Below are positions 1 to 9,379 of a DNA stretch of 64,000 nt, piece by piece. A program made the translations under genes and the position numbers. Within the stretch, counting starts at the first letter, position 1, and each line of letters opens with the position of its first letter. Location of the stretch: positions 2,137 through 66,136 of the forward strand of contig DASVFI010000070.1 in NCBI GenBank assembly GCA_036380115.1, written 5' to 3'. The stretch comes from Nitrososphaeraceae archaeon. GTDB lineage: Archaea > Thermoproteota > Nitrososphaeria > Nitrososphaerales > Nitrososphaeraceae. The notes below the pieces were generated by a model. The model was given only the letters and a program-made list of their open reading frames with translations, had not been told where the DNA came from and did not search any database.

Positions 1-420
1 TGCAAGCCAATACAATGTATAAACCTGACGATTAAGTTCTGATGCAATAGCTCTAATAAATTGACCTCGTCTTGGTACTTCTATTCCAAGCAGTTCCTCT
101 ACGGCAAGACTATAAGAATAAGTGATATGTGTTGAATCATGAATTACAGGACGTTCGAGATGAGGAATATTTTGAATAAAGTTTCTATATTCGCACATTT
201 TTTCTTCTCCTCTATGAACATAACCTGGATCGGGATCACAATAGACAATATAATCTCCATCGACTTTAATTATAAATCGAAAGTGTCCAGAACCTGGATG
301 TTGAGGGCCTACACTTAATGTCATCAAATTTTCTTCAGCAGACTCTCTAACAACTTCTAATCCTAATTTTGTAGTATCTTCTAGTTTCTTTTCAAAGGAA
401 TCACTAAATTTATTTGTCAA
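1..420 (-). CDS. nuoD: NADH-quinone oxidoreductase subunit D (5' part; gene runs off the window start)
   Basis: Not in the ORF track because it is truncated. Reverse-strand translation from TTG at 418-420 gives ...NLMTLSVGPQHPGSGHFRFIIKVDGDYIVYCDPDPGYVHRGEEKMCE..., the conserved N-terminal NuoD/49-kDa signature. It lies directly downstream of nuoC in nuoA-B-C-D order. Confidence 0.85.
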   Translation of the reverse strand, partial: MTNKFSDSFEKKLEDTTKLGLEVVRESAEENLMTLSVGPQHPGSGHFRFIIKVDGDYIVYCDPDPGYVHRGEEKMCEYRNFIQNIPHLERPVIHDSTHITYSYSLAVEELLGIEVPRRGQFIRAIASELNRQVYTLYWLA

Positions 421-426
421 ACTAAT

Positions 427-954
427 CTACCTGCCTTTAATTCTAAAATCCTTCCTTAATGGAGGAATGTCAGCCCAGTCTTCGGGAAGAAGAAAGCGTT
501 CATTTCGTGGATGTCCTTGAAAGTAAACACCTAACATTTCATAAGTTTCTCTTTCATGATATTCTACACTTTTAAAGAGAGGCAGTAAAGAAGGCAAATA
601 AGAGGAATCCCTATCGGTTTTGGTAGAAAGTGCAAATATAATTGGAGCAAGTTCTTCACGTGAATAGGAGCTTAAATGATAGATAACTTCGATTGCATTC
701 TCATTTGGATAATCAGTACCACAAACAGATTCAGCATGATCAAGACCCGATTCGTTTTTCAAAAAAGATGCCACTTCCACAATATTCTTTGGATCAACGT
801 AAACTTTTATTCTTTTAGGTTTTACGTAAAGTAATTGAACTTTATCTTGGAATTTTGATGATAATTCATTATATAATGAATTTTCTATTGGGAGATCGCT
901 TTCAAATGTTTTGATTTGTGAATCTTTATCATCAATATTATTAGGACTTGTCAT
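427..954 (-). CDS. nuoC: NADH-quinone oxidoreductase subunit C (30-kDa subunit)
   Basis: 175 aa. The ERETYEMLGVYFQGHP motif is typical of NuoC. It has a 4-nt overlap with nuoB. Confidence 0.9.
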   Translation of the reverse strand: MTSPNNIDDKDSQIKTFESDLPIENSLYNELSSKFQDKVQLLYVKPKRIKVYVDPKNIVEVASFLKNESGLDHAESVCGTDYPNENAIEVIYHLSSYSREELAPIIFALSTKTDRDSSYLPSLLPLFKSVEYHERETYEMLGVYFQGHPRNERFLLPEDWADIPPLRKDFRIKGR

Positions 955-1466
955 TTAATTTTAGACCTTTTTATTTTTTCTTGTAATAACATGCAACCTT
1001 GAATTAAAGTTTCTGGTCTTGGGGGGCAGCCAGGAACATAAACATCTACAGGTAAAACTCCATCGATTCCAGGCAAAACATTGTAAGAATCAATATAAAG
1101 GCCACCTGTAATAGAACATGCACCCATTGCAATAACATATTTTGGATCTGCCATCTGATCATATACCATTCTCACTCTAGGAGCCATTTTTCTTGTTACA
1201 GTACCTTGAACAACTATTAAATCACATTGTCTCAAAGAACCAAAAGCTTCGATAATTCCGAATCTTTCACAATCATACCTTGGACTTGATGTAGCTCCAA
1301 ATTCAACACTACAACATGCAGTTTCAAGATGAACTGGCCAGAGAGACCAGATTCTTCCCCAATTAATTGCATAACCTAATGGTTTATCTAAAGCTCCTAC
1401 CAAAATATCGCTAACTTTACTTACCATTACATTAAAATTTGTTGGATTAATTAGATCTTTAATCAA
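951..1466 (-). CDS. nuoB: NADH-quinone oxidoreductase subunit B (20-kDa, cluster N2)
   Basis: 171 aa with the Fe-S ligand motifs CCSVEF, GACSITGG and VPGCPPRPE. Confidence 0.95.
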   Translation of the reverse strand: MIKDLINPTNFNVMVSKVSDILVGALDKPLGYAINWGRIWSLWPVHLETACCSVEFGATSSPRYDCERFGIIEAFGSLRQCDLIVVQGTVTRKMAPRVRMVYDQMADPKYVIAMGACSITGGLYIDSYNVLPGIDGVLPVDVYVPGCPPRPETLIQGCMLLQEKIKRSKIK

Positions 1467-1530
1467 TTAAAAGCAACCACCTGTTTGTATAATATATAAG
1501 AATGATAATTTAATCCTATCAAAATTTCCA

Positions 1531-1905
1531 TTACCATATTCCTTTTCTCCCAGAAAGATACAAAGCATATCCCATAGCTGCAAACATTATTGCAAGAAAG
1601 GCCATCATAGGTAAAGTAGCTTCTTTTGGTATAGATAAAAGCGATGTTCCCCAAGCATAAAGAAATATTGCCATAACATCAAAAACTACAAACATCAAGA
1701 TATAAGCATAATATTGCATCATAAAATGCGAACGACCTTCACCAGTCGGCATTTGCCCACATTCCATTGGAAGAAATTTTACAGGATTATACCTCTTACG
1801 AGGAGACAACAATCTTGCAAGAAGTAATGATGGTACACCAGCCATAATCCCAATTCCTAAAGCATACAAAATCGGAGTAAATTGAGATGCCAATTCACTA
1901 GCCAA
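1531..1905 (-). CDS. nuoA: NADH-quinone oxidoreductase subunit A
   Basis: 124 aa with three hydrophobic helices and a PMECGQ motif. It is the first gene of the nuoABCD run. Confidence 0.85.
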   Translation of the reverse strand: MASELASQFTPILYALGIGIMAGVPSLLLARLLSPRKRYNPVKFLPMECGQMPTGEGRSHFMMQYYAYILMFVVFDVMAIFLYAWGTSLLSIPKEATLPMMAFLAIMFAAMGYALYLSGRKGIW

Positions 1906-1941
1906 ATTAGTCTTGCTGCCCTCTCATAGATATAAAAATCT

Positions 1942-3144
1942 TTATTTTTTTAAAACAAGATTAAATAGTTGTCGAGCAACCAATTTGGGATGATTCATTG
2001 CTAATTTTATCATTTTCTTTGTAGAAAATTCTGAAGTAATAAAATCAAGAAATTCATCCATGGACATATGTTTCAAAATGGCAATTTCACGATCCCATTG
2101 GTCATCAGATAAACCTATCCATCTAGATTGTACTCTTAAAGCAGATTCAATTTTTGAACAGAGTCTTTTTTTCCATTCCTTTTCATAATCCATTAGAGAA
2201 TTTTTTGAACAATTTGAAGCAATAGATGCAGAACCTACTTGACCTGCTAATCTTCCAAATTCAATAGCATGTCTAATACCTTCAAGTACAAGCGGATTGG
2301 ACTGACCAGCAGAATCACCTACTAAAATTAAACCTTCAAAAACAGAGGAGTCTCTTGCCCCTTGGTTAGGGATATATCCAAAATGAAATTCTATAGGTTG
2401 TAGCTTACCTAGTTCTTCAACCGGCTTTAATTTTTTTTCAATTATTTTATTTAATATTTGAAGTGGATCAATATTAGATTCAGGTCTTCCAATTCCAACG
2501 CCTATACGAACACGATTTTGTGACAATGGAAATAACCATGCATAGCCAGCAGGAGAATATTGACTTCCTACCATCAAAGTCCAGGTTTCAATGTCTGATT
2601 GATCACAATAACATTCGTATTCGGCTCCAACACCATACCTTTCCCATTTATTTATATAACCAATCTTTCTACCAATAAAACTATTAAATCCACTTGCATC
2701 TATAACAAGAGATGATTTTACATCAATTTTTCCTTTAGGGGTATTAACTACTAACCCAGAAATTTTTTTGTTTATTCCCGTAATTAATACATCAACTACA
2801 TTAGAATTAATACAAATCTCGGCTCCCTCTTTAGCAGCTAAAAATGAAAGATGTTGATATAGTAATCTAACATCTAAAACACATGAATGATGTTCATCTC
2901 CTTTAATTATTATTTCGTTCTTTGGGGAAACAATACGAAAATTCTTTATTGGATTATATAGTTTCTCAGGAATTTGTAATTTTTTCATTTCGTTTATCCA
3001 AGAAACTCCGCTTGTTCGGACAAATTGTCCAATCGCTTTCTCTTTTTCAAAAAGAACTACTTTAGACCCTAATTTTGCTGAAGCATATGCAGCAGATAAC
3101 CCGGCGGGTCCGCCACCCACTATGGCAATATCATAATTGTACAA
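1942..3144 (-). CDS. Geranylgeranyl reductase family flavoprotein (digeranylgeranylglycerophospholipid reductase-like)
   Basis: 400 aa. The N-terminal FAD fold is YDIAIVGGGPAGLSAAY. Size and layout match archaeal GGR-family proteins. Confidence 0.85.
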   Translation of the reverse strand: MYNYDIAIVGGGPAGLSAAYASAKLGSKVVLFEKEKAIGQFVRTSGVSWINEMKKLQIPEKLYNPIKNFRIVSPKNEIIIKGDEHHSCVLDVRLLYQHLSFLAAKEGAEICINSNVVDVLITGINKKISGLVVNTPKGKIDVKSSLVIDASGFNSFIGRKIGYINKWERYGVGAEYECYCDQSDIETWTLMVGSQYSPAGYAWLFPLSQNRVRIGVGIGRPESNIDPLQILNKIIEKKLKPVEELGKLQPIEFHFGYIPNQGARDSSVFEGLILVGDSAGQSNPLVLEGIRHAIEFGRLAGQVGSASIASNCSKNSLMDYEKEWKKRLCSKIESALRVQSRWIGLSDDQWDREIAILKHMSMDEFLDFITSEFSTKKMIKLAMNHPKLVARQLFNLVLKK

Positions 3145-3252
3145 TTAAGTTACTTGTTTTTTATTTTCTTAACTTTTTTACTTTTTGGTTAAAAAATAAG
3201 TGAAGAAGATTTTTCTTTAAAGTTTTTTATAGTCGTAAAAAAAAATAAAGAA

Positions 3253-3741
3253 ATGGAACAAGAACTTTTAGTGAAGGAAGGAGATTTTGCTCCTGATTTT
3301 ACTTTTAAAGATTCCAATAATAAAGAATTAAAATTGTCAAATTTTTTAGGAAAACAAGTCGTATTATATTTTTATCCTCGAGACTTTACTCCTGGTTGCA
3401 ATACGGAAGCATCTGAATTTTCTAGAGATTATAACAAATATTATCAAAACGATATAATTATCATTGGCATTAGTCCTGATGATGAAAAGTCTCATTCACA
3501 ATTTAAAGAACAAATGAAGATACCTTATTTCTTGGCATCAGATATAAATAAACAAATATCTCGAAAATATGGCGTTGCTAGTTTGAAAATATTTATGGGT
3601 AAAGAGTATCTTGCTGTAAATAGAACAACATTCTTAATAGATCAAAATGGTAAAATCATCAAAATATATAATAAAGTAAAGCCAAAAGGGCACAGTATAG
3701 AAATATTAAATTATTTATCAAAAAGGAATATAGAAATGTAA
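3253..3741 (+). CDS. bcp: Peroxiredoxin, BCP/PrxQ type
   Basis: 162 aa with the peroxidatic-Cys motif FYPRDFTPGCNTE. Confidence 0.85.
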   Translation: MEQELLVKEGDFAPDFTFKDSNNKELKLSNFLGKQVVLYFYPRDFTPGCNTEASEFSRDYNKYYQNDIIIIGISPDDEKSHSQFKEQMKIPYFLASDINKQISRKYGVASLKIFMGKEYLAVNRTTFLIDQNGKIIKIYNKVKPKGHSIEILNYLSKRNIEM

Positions 3742-3756
3742 CTTTTCATTTAGAAC

Positions 3757-4308
3757 TTATAAATAAAATTGATCCAATACTTTATCTATCTTTTCTTTAT
3801 CCAACTTTAAATAAACAAATAATTCATCATCTAATTTAAAGTCATTCAACATCTCATCAAATTTAGTTCCTTGACGAAAATAGTTAACAGTTTCTGCTAC
3901 TACTTCTAAGAATTTCTTAGACAAAAAATTCCAATATTCGATTTGGTCAAAATTATTACTATGAAGTAATTGAAAAAATTTGGTGAAAGAAAATATTATC
4001 ATAAACCGTATTTTTTGTAATACTTTTTTAAAAGGATCGGTATCAGCAATATTAGGAATAAGTGTACAAATAACATATTGATAATGATCAAAATTCTTTA
4101 GAATGCTCAATGATTTCCCAATTTGTGGACAGCTATTTTTTAAAGAAATAACATCTAACCTAGATTTGGTAAAAAAGCCTGGATTACTTTCAATTTCAAA
4201 ATAAGATGAAGTTATCCCATCCTTTAATAAAAACTTTTTACAATTTGTAGATGAAAGAAGATATTTATTAATTAATTGAATTGAAAATGACAACTTGGCT
4301 AAACTCAT
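3757..4308 (-). CDS. Hypothetical protein
   Basis: 183-aa ORF with K/N/E/I-rich composition like the confident genes here. It lies 33 nt downstream of the next minus-strand ORF. No motif recognised. Confidence 0.5.
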   Translation of the reverse strand: MSLAKLSFSIQLINKYLLSSTNCKKFLLKDGITSSYFEIESNPGFFTKSRLDVISLKNSCPQIGKSLSILKNFDHYQYVICTLIPNIADTDPFKKVLQKIRFMIIFSFTKFFQLLHSNNFDQIEYWNFLSKKFLEVVAETVNYFRQGTKFDEMLNDFKLDDELFVYLKLDKEKIDKVLDQFYL

Positions 4309-4341
4309 TTAATTAATTAAGTATTCTAAGGTGTTAAATTA

Positions 4342-4773
4342 TTATTGCTTAATTTTTTTAGAATATGTTTCGACGATCTGGCTAATATGTTGTAATATTT
4401 TTATATGATGATCCTCATCTACAACAATACTCTTAAGTAATTCCTTTATATCTGGATCTTCTGTTAGATTTATACATTCTTGTACTAAATTCTTGGACTC
4501 TTCTTCTTCCTTAATTGATTTATTCAGACCTTCTCTTGTTAAATGAAGACTTCCTGATGCTCCTTCTATTTTAGTCATTGCTTGAGTGATATATTGTATA
4601 TGTTTAATACCGTCATTAAGCAAAGTAGTAATATAATTTCTAATTAAGCTGTTTTCAATATCTTTGAGAATAGAACTATAATGTACTATTTCATGTTTTT
4701 CTGCTTCATGTTGTTCTTTTAATATTTCATAAAGTCTCTGTTGTTTTTCAATATCTTCCCGATGTTTAACCAA
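4342..4773 (-). CDS. Hypothetical helical protein, possibly ferritin-like
   Basis: 143 aa, predicted all-helical. Two E/H-rich stretches (EAEKHEIVH, DEDHHIKIL) are reminiscent of diiron four-helix bundles. The call is weak. Confidence 0.5.
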   Translation of the reverse strand: MVKHREDIEKQQRLYEILKEQHEAEKHEIVHYSSILKDIENSLIRNYITTLLNDGIKHIQYITQAMTKIEGASGSLHLTREGLNKSIKEEEESKNLVQECINLTEDPDIKELLKSIVVDEDHHIKILQHISQIVETYSKKIKQ

Positions 4774-5030
4774 TATTTAATTTACTAATCGCATAAATAA
4801 AAGAGTGATGGTAGAAGTTGTATCTTTATTTAATAGTATGATTGATTGAAAAGGATTATAATTCGAACTTACTTATCTATTGCTGTGTCATCGTATAATA
4901 GGATTACTTGTCAATGCATTTGTCATCAGCGTTATGGAGATAAATCATTTTGCAGGAAATGTTTAGATAAACATAAAGCTTCACCTTATTATCACATTAT
5001 GAAAAAGTTTGGTTAATGTTTGAAACTGGA

Positions 5031-5115
5031 TGCGGGAGATGGGATTTGAACCCACGAACCCCTGAGGGATAAGAGCCTCCGTCTTACGCCTTTGACCAGG
5101 CTGGGCGACCCCCGC
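5031..5115 (-). tRNA. tRNA-Leu (apparent anticodon GAG), class II with long variable arm
   Basis: Hand fold on the reverse strand. Acceptor GCGGGGG/CTCCCGC, and a D-arm containing GCCTGGTCAAAGGC, which is typical of archaeal tRNA-Leu. Anticodon stem TAAGA/TCTTA with loop CGGAGGC, variable arm CCCTCAGGGG, T-arm GTGGG-TTCAAAT-CCCAT, discriminator A. 85 nt. Confidence 0.8.
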
Positions 5116-5201
5116 TCAAAAACAAAACGTCAAAGACTCTAATTTGAATATTGCGTGGATTTAAGAATAATTAATAAATTCAAATATAATAATTATAATG
5201 G

Positions 5202-5212
5202 TTTTTATATAA
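5202..5212 (+). promoter_or_regulatory. Putative archaeal TATA box upstream of rpoN
   Basis: TTTTTATATAA lies about 20-30 nt upstream of the likely GTG start at 5232. This is a sequence-only guess. Confidence 0.3.
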
Positions 5213-5216
5213 TTAT

Positions 5217-5465
5217 TTGTTTCTTAATAATGTGTTAATTCCGGTTAGATGTTTTACATGTGGTGGTTTGATTGCAGACAAATATTTTGAATATAAAGAA
5301 AGAGTCAAATCTGGGGAAGAGGATGCTAACGTTTTAGATTCACTTGGAATAAAACGATATTGTTGTCGAAGAATGTTTATTTCTAGTATAGAAACAATTT
5401 ATCAAGTAATTCCCTATTATGAAGTCCTAAGAAGAAGAATGACAGAAATGCAATCTGAAAGTTAA
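5217..5465 (+). CDS. rpoN: DNA-directed RNA polymerase subunit N (Rpo10/RpoN)
   Basis: (M)LIPVRCFTCGG...RYCCRRM is the Rpb10/RpoN zinc-bundle signature. The likely true start is GTG at 5232, giving MLIPVRCFTCG. Confidence 0.9.
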   Translation: MFLNNVLIPVRCFTCGGLIADKYFEYKERVKSGEEDANVLDSLGIKRYCCRRMFISSIETIYQVIPYYEVLRRRMTEMQSES

Positions 5466-5477
5466 GTTTGTGATATA

Positions 5478-6725
5478 ATGCCAATTATTACAGATATTAA
5501 TGGTAGAATAATTTTTAATAGTAGAGGAAGTAAAACTATAGAAATAGATGTTATTTCGGACGATAAGTTCCTCGGTCGAGCCTCTGCACCATCAGGAGCT
5601 AGTGTTGGAAAGGGCGAAGCTCAAAGTTTTAAAGATAATACTCCAGAAAAATCGTTAGATGAATTTAATAGAAATTTGTCTAAGTTTATTGGAATAGAAT
5701 CAGACGATCCCAAATCGGTATATGATATTTTAAAAAATATTGATAATAGTGAAAACTATAGTATTATAGGTGGTTCAGTTGCTTATGCAATAAGTTTAGC
5801 TTCAATTGAATCAGCTTCCAAAGCTTTAGAAGTTCCAATCTTTAAGTTATTGAAACCAAATGGCCCATTTGCTTTCCCCTATCCTTTAGGTAATATTTTG
5901 GGAGGAGGCTCCCATGCGGGTCCTGGAACTCCAGATATTCAAGAATACCTTATTTGTCCAAATGGTGCAGTTAATATAATCGAAGCGTTAGAAGTAAATT
6001 TTACTGTACATAAAGAATTAAAAAAAATATTAGAAAAAAAAGATAAAAAATTTACCTATGGACGTGGTGACGAAGGAGCATGGGCTCCAAATATTAATAA
6101 CGATCAAGCTATAGAAGTGGTAGAAAAAGCAATTTTGGAATCTGGTTATAAGTTGAGAAAACAAGTATCAATAGGAATAGATTTTGCAAGTTCTTCAATA
6201 TGGAATGATAAAAACCAAAATTATGACTATTCAAGACAAGGATTGACACGTTCACCAGAGGATCAAATTGATTTTGTTAATAATCTTATTGATAGATATA
6301 ATTTAATATATGCAGAAGATCCTGTTCACGAAGAAGATTTTGAGGGAATGTCAGTCATCACTAAAACAAATCCAGATTGTTTAGTAACTGGTGATGATAT
6401 GCTTGTAACAAATAAGAATCGAGTTAAAGAATCTTTAAAATATAAATCATGTTCAGGAGCAATATTAAAAGTTAATCAAGCAGGATCACTGTATGATGCA
6501 TTGGAATTTGCTAATGAATGCAATAAAAACGATATCAAAATAATTACTTCTCATCGTTCTGGTGAATCAATTGATTCCCATATTGCAGAAATATCAATAG
6601 CTACCAATTCTAAAATGTTAAAATCAGGTGTTATTGGAGGAGAAAGGATAGCTAAATTGAATCAGTTAATTAGACTGGATGAGTATGGTTTAATAAAAGG
6701 GATGTCTGATGTTTTCACATCATAA
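5478..6725 (+). CDS. eno: Enolase (phosphopyruvate hydratase)
   Basis: 415 aa with SRGSKTIEIDV, GDDMLVTN, ILKVNQAGSL and SHRSGES motifs. Confidence 0.95.
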   Translation: MPIITDINGRIIFNSRGSKTIEIDVISDDKFLGRASAPSGASVGKGEAQSFKDNTPEKSLDEFNRNLSKFIGIESDDPKSVYDILKNIDNSENYSIIGGSVAYAISLASIESASKALEVPIFKLLKPNGPFAFPYPLGNILGGGSHAGPGTPDIQEYLICPNGAVNIIEALEVNFTVHKELKKILEKKDKKFTYGRGDEGAWAPNINNDQAIEVVEKAILESGYKLRKQVSIGIDFASSSIWNDKNQNYDYSRQGLTRSPEDQIDFVNNLIDRYNLIYAEDPVHEEDFEGMSVITKTNPDCLVTGDDMLVTNKNRVKESLKYKSCSGAILKVNQAGSLYDALEFANECNKNDIKIITSHRSGESIDSHIAEISIATNSKMLKSGVIGGERIAKLNQLIRLDEYGLIKGMSDVFTS

Positions 6726-7509
6726 TATGAGTGATAATACAGAAATAACCAATAATGATTTGAATGCCAATTATGAATCTAATGCTGAAACCAATGAAAA
6801 AAATGACATAACAGAATCAGAAAGTCAAATTAATAATTCTTCAAATGAAATTGGAAATATTTTAGAAGAAAAAGATAATGATGAGAATGATAGTGAAAGT
6901 TCTGATGCCGAAAATTTAGAAAAAATGATTTTATCCACAGGCATAAGAGTAGGAACTCCGGTTAAAACTAAATCTATGGCTCGTTATATAGTTAGAGCAA
7001 ATCCTGAAGGACTTTACATATTAGACATTAGTAAAACATTATATCGAATAGATGTTGCAGCCAAATTCATTGGGAGAACAAATATTTCCAAAGTAGCAGT
7101 TACTTCTGCCCGAGAGTATGGTAAAAAACCAGTAGAAAAATTCTGTGAAGCGACAGGTGCAACCCCCATTTTAGGTAGATTTATGCCTGGAACATTTACT
7201 AATCCTTCTTTACCAAAATATATGGAACCAGACATCGTCATAGTAACTGATCCTCAAGCAGATCAGCAAGCAGTAATTGAGTCAACAAGAGCAGGAGTTC
7301 CTGTGATTGCTATATCAAATAGTGATAACGTTATATCTAAAGTCGATTTAGTCATTCCTGCAAATAACAGAGGAAGAAAAGCATTAGCTACAGTTTATTG
7401 GTTATTAGCAAGAGAAGTAATGAAAAAACAAGGAAGAATAAAATCAGATAAAGAAATGAAATCCACGATAGATGATTTCGAAACAAAACTTGTTGAAGAA
7501 ATAGTTTGA
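6709..7509 (+). CDS. rps2: 30S ribosomal protein S2 (uS2) with acidic N-terminal extension
   Basis: The C-terminal ~195 aa (GIRVGTP...RANPEGLYILDISKT...IVIVTDP...PVIAISNSD) match archaeal uS2. An alternative ATG start is at 6727. Confidence 0.9.
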   Translation: MFSHHNMSDNTEITNNDLNANYESNAETNEKNDITESESQINNSSNEIGNILEEKDNDENDSESSDAENLEKMILSTGIRVGTPVKTKSMARYIVRANPEGLYILDISKTLYRIDVAAKFIGRTNISKVAVTSAREYGKKPVEKFCEATGATPILGRFMPGTFTNPSLPKYMEPDIVIVTDPQADQQAVIESTRAGVPVIAISNSDNVISKVDLVIPANNRGRKALATVYWLLAREVMKKQGRIKSDKEMKSTIDDFETKLVEEIV

Positions 7510-8369
7510 GAGGTCTAATACAGAGATCTCCCTTTTATTCAGGTTCCTTTTATCCAAAAGATAAGTCTGACTTGAATAAAATACTTGATTTTTGTTTTAT
7601 TGAAAGTGAATTTGGACCTCAACAAATTCCAAAAATCAATAAAAATGATAACAATAAACATAAAATTTATGGACTAATTGTCCCTCATGGCGCTTACATC
7701 TTTTCTGGCGCCATATCAGCAAATGCATATTTTGAAATTAATGGCCAAAATATAGATACATTTATTTTAATTGGCCCTGATCATAATGGTATTGGAAAAA
7801 GAATTTCAATAATGAGTGAAGGCTATTGGCAAACACCTTTGGGAGATGTTTTAATCAATAAGGAAATTCCAAAGGAGTTAAAGACACATAATAATATAAT
7901 AATAGAAGATAAACTAGTTCATCAATTCGAGCATTCTTTAGAGATTCAAATTCCATTCCTCCAATATTCAAGGTTAAATTCTTTCACCATAGTTCCAATA
8001 TTATTGAAAGATCAAGATATTGAAACATCTCTAATACTAGGTAATTCACTAGCAAAATCTATTTCGAGAAAAAATGCAATAATTATTGCATCTTCTGATT
8101 TAACTCATTATGAATTAAATTTAAATGCTTATGAAAAAGACTTCAGATTGATAAAAAGTATTGAAAAGCTAGATATAGAATTATTTTATCAGACGATAAG
8201 GGATCTAAATATCTCCATTTGTGGATATGGAGCAATTGCATCTTTAATGAGAGCTGTCCATTTACTGGGATCTAAAACAGGAGTCTTATTAAAATATGCC
8301 ACTAGTGGCGATATTATTTTAGATAATAAGAATACAGTAGTTGCGTATGCTGCAATAGCTTTTGTTTAA
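7506..8369 (+). CDS. MEMO1-family protein (AmmeMemoRadiSam system protein B-like)
   Basis: 287 aa with SGSFYP, VPHGAYIFSG and GPDH motifs. The TTG start overlaps the rps2 stop. Confidence 0.8.
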   Translation: MRGLIQRSPFYSGSFYPKDKSDLNKILDFCFIESEFGPQQIPKINKNDNNKHKIYGLIVPHGAYIFSGAISANAYFEINGQNIDTFILIGPDHNGIGKRISIMSEGYWQTPLGDVLINKEIPKELKTHNNIIIEDKLVHQFEHSLEIQIPFLQYSRLNSFTIVPILLKDQDIETSLILGNSLAKSISRKNAIIIASSDLTHYELNLNAYEKDFRLIKSIEKLDIELFYQTIRDLNISICGYGAIASLMRAVHLLGSKTGVLLKYATSGDIILDNKNTVVAYAAIAFV

Positions 8370-8377
8370 AGATCAAA

Positions 8378-9352
8378 ATGACAATAGCGTCTGCACCAGC
8401 TAAGATTATTTTGTTTGGAGAACATTTTGTTATATATAATCAACCTGCCATATTAGCATCAATAAACAAAAGAATAAAAATAGACAGTAGAATAGTATTA
8501 GAAAAAAAAAATACAATTAGAATAGAAACAAATGATTTTGGAAAAAAGACATATCCTTTATCGATATTAAAAAACAAAAATCAGGATAATTATAATGATT
8601 TTTTTTATCCAATAATCTATATTTTAAAAAAAATATTGCAAGATTTTGAAAGAACTAATGGAATAGAGATTAAAATTGAATCAGAGATTCCATATGGAGT
8701 AGGATTAGGATCATCTGCGGCGTTAAGTGTTGCTGCCGTAGCAGCTATTTATGGACTTATTAATAGATATAGTAAAAAAAATGAAATCCTAGAGCTAGCA
8801 ATTGAAACGGAAAAAATTATTCATAGAAATTCCTCGGGTGCAGATTGTGTCATATCTACCTATGGTGGTTTAATGTATTACCAAAAAAATTCAAACGTGA
8901 GGCAACTAGGATATAGCAAAAAACTTAATTTTATTATTATAAATACAGGATTAAAACATTCAACGGGTGAATTGGTCTCCATAGTTGAAAGATTTCGACA
9001 AAATAATTTTGCAACTTTTATTAAGTTATCAAATAAGGTTACAAATATTTGTAATAATGCAATAGAAGCATTAAAAGAAGGAAATACCTTAAAGCTTGGA
9101 AAGTTAATGAATGAAAATCAAATTCTCTTAGAACAAATTGGAGTATCTAATAAAGAAATCAATAAGATAATTGAGACCAGTTTAAACTATGGAGCAATTG
9201 GTTCAAAATTAACAGGAGCAGGAGGAGGAGGATGCATATTGTCAATAATCCATCAAGAAAATAAAAATTACTTCCTATCCAATATGAAACAAAGTGGATA
9301 TGAGTGTTTTGACATTATTATAGAAAACCAGGGAGTAAAAGTTAAAATTTAA
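8378..9352 (+). CDS. mvk: Mevalonate kinase
   Basis: 324 aa with GHMP-kinase motifs APAKIILFGEHFV, GLGSSAA and KLTGAGGGGC. Confidence 0.9.
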   Translation: MTIASAPAKIILFGEHFVIYNQPAILASINKRIKIDSRIVLEKKNTIRIETNDFGKKTYPLSILKNKNQDNYNDFFYPIIYILKKILQDFERTNGIEIKIESEIPYGVGLGSSAALSVAAVAAIYGLINRYSKKNEILELAIETEKIIHRNSSGADCVISTYGGLMYYQKNSNVRQLGYSKKLNFIIINTGLKHSTGELVSIVERFRQNNFATFIKLSNKVTNICNNAIEALKEGNTLKLGKLMNENQILLEQIGVSNKEINKIIETSLNYGAIGSKLTGAGGGGCILSIIHQENKNYFLSNMKQSGYECFDIIIENQGVKVKI

Positions 9353-9379
9353 TTTTGGTGTTTGTTATTCAAAATATAA

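Noticed and set aside
1463-1654. 63-aa minus-strand ORF overlapping the nuoA 3' end.
   Set aside because: It is out of frame with nuoA, overlaps it for most of its length and has no motif. It is spurious.
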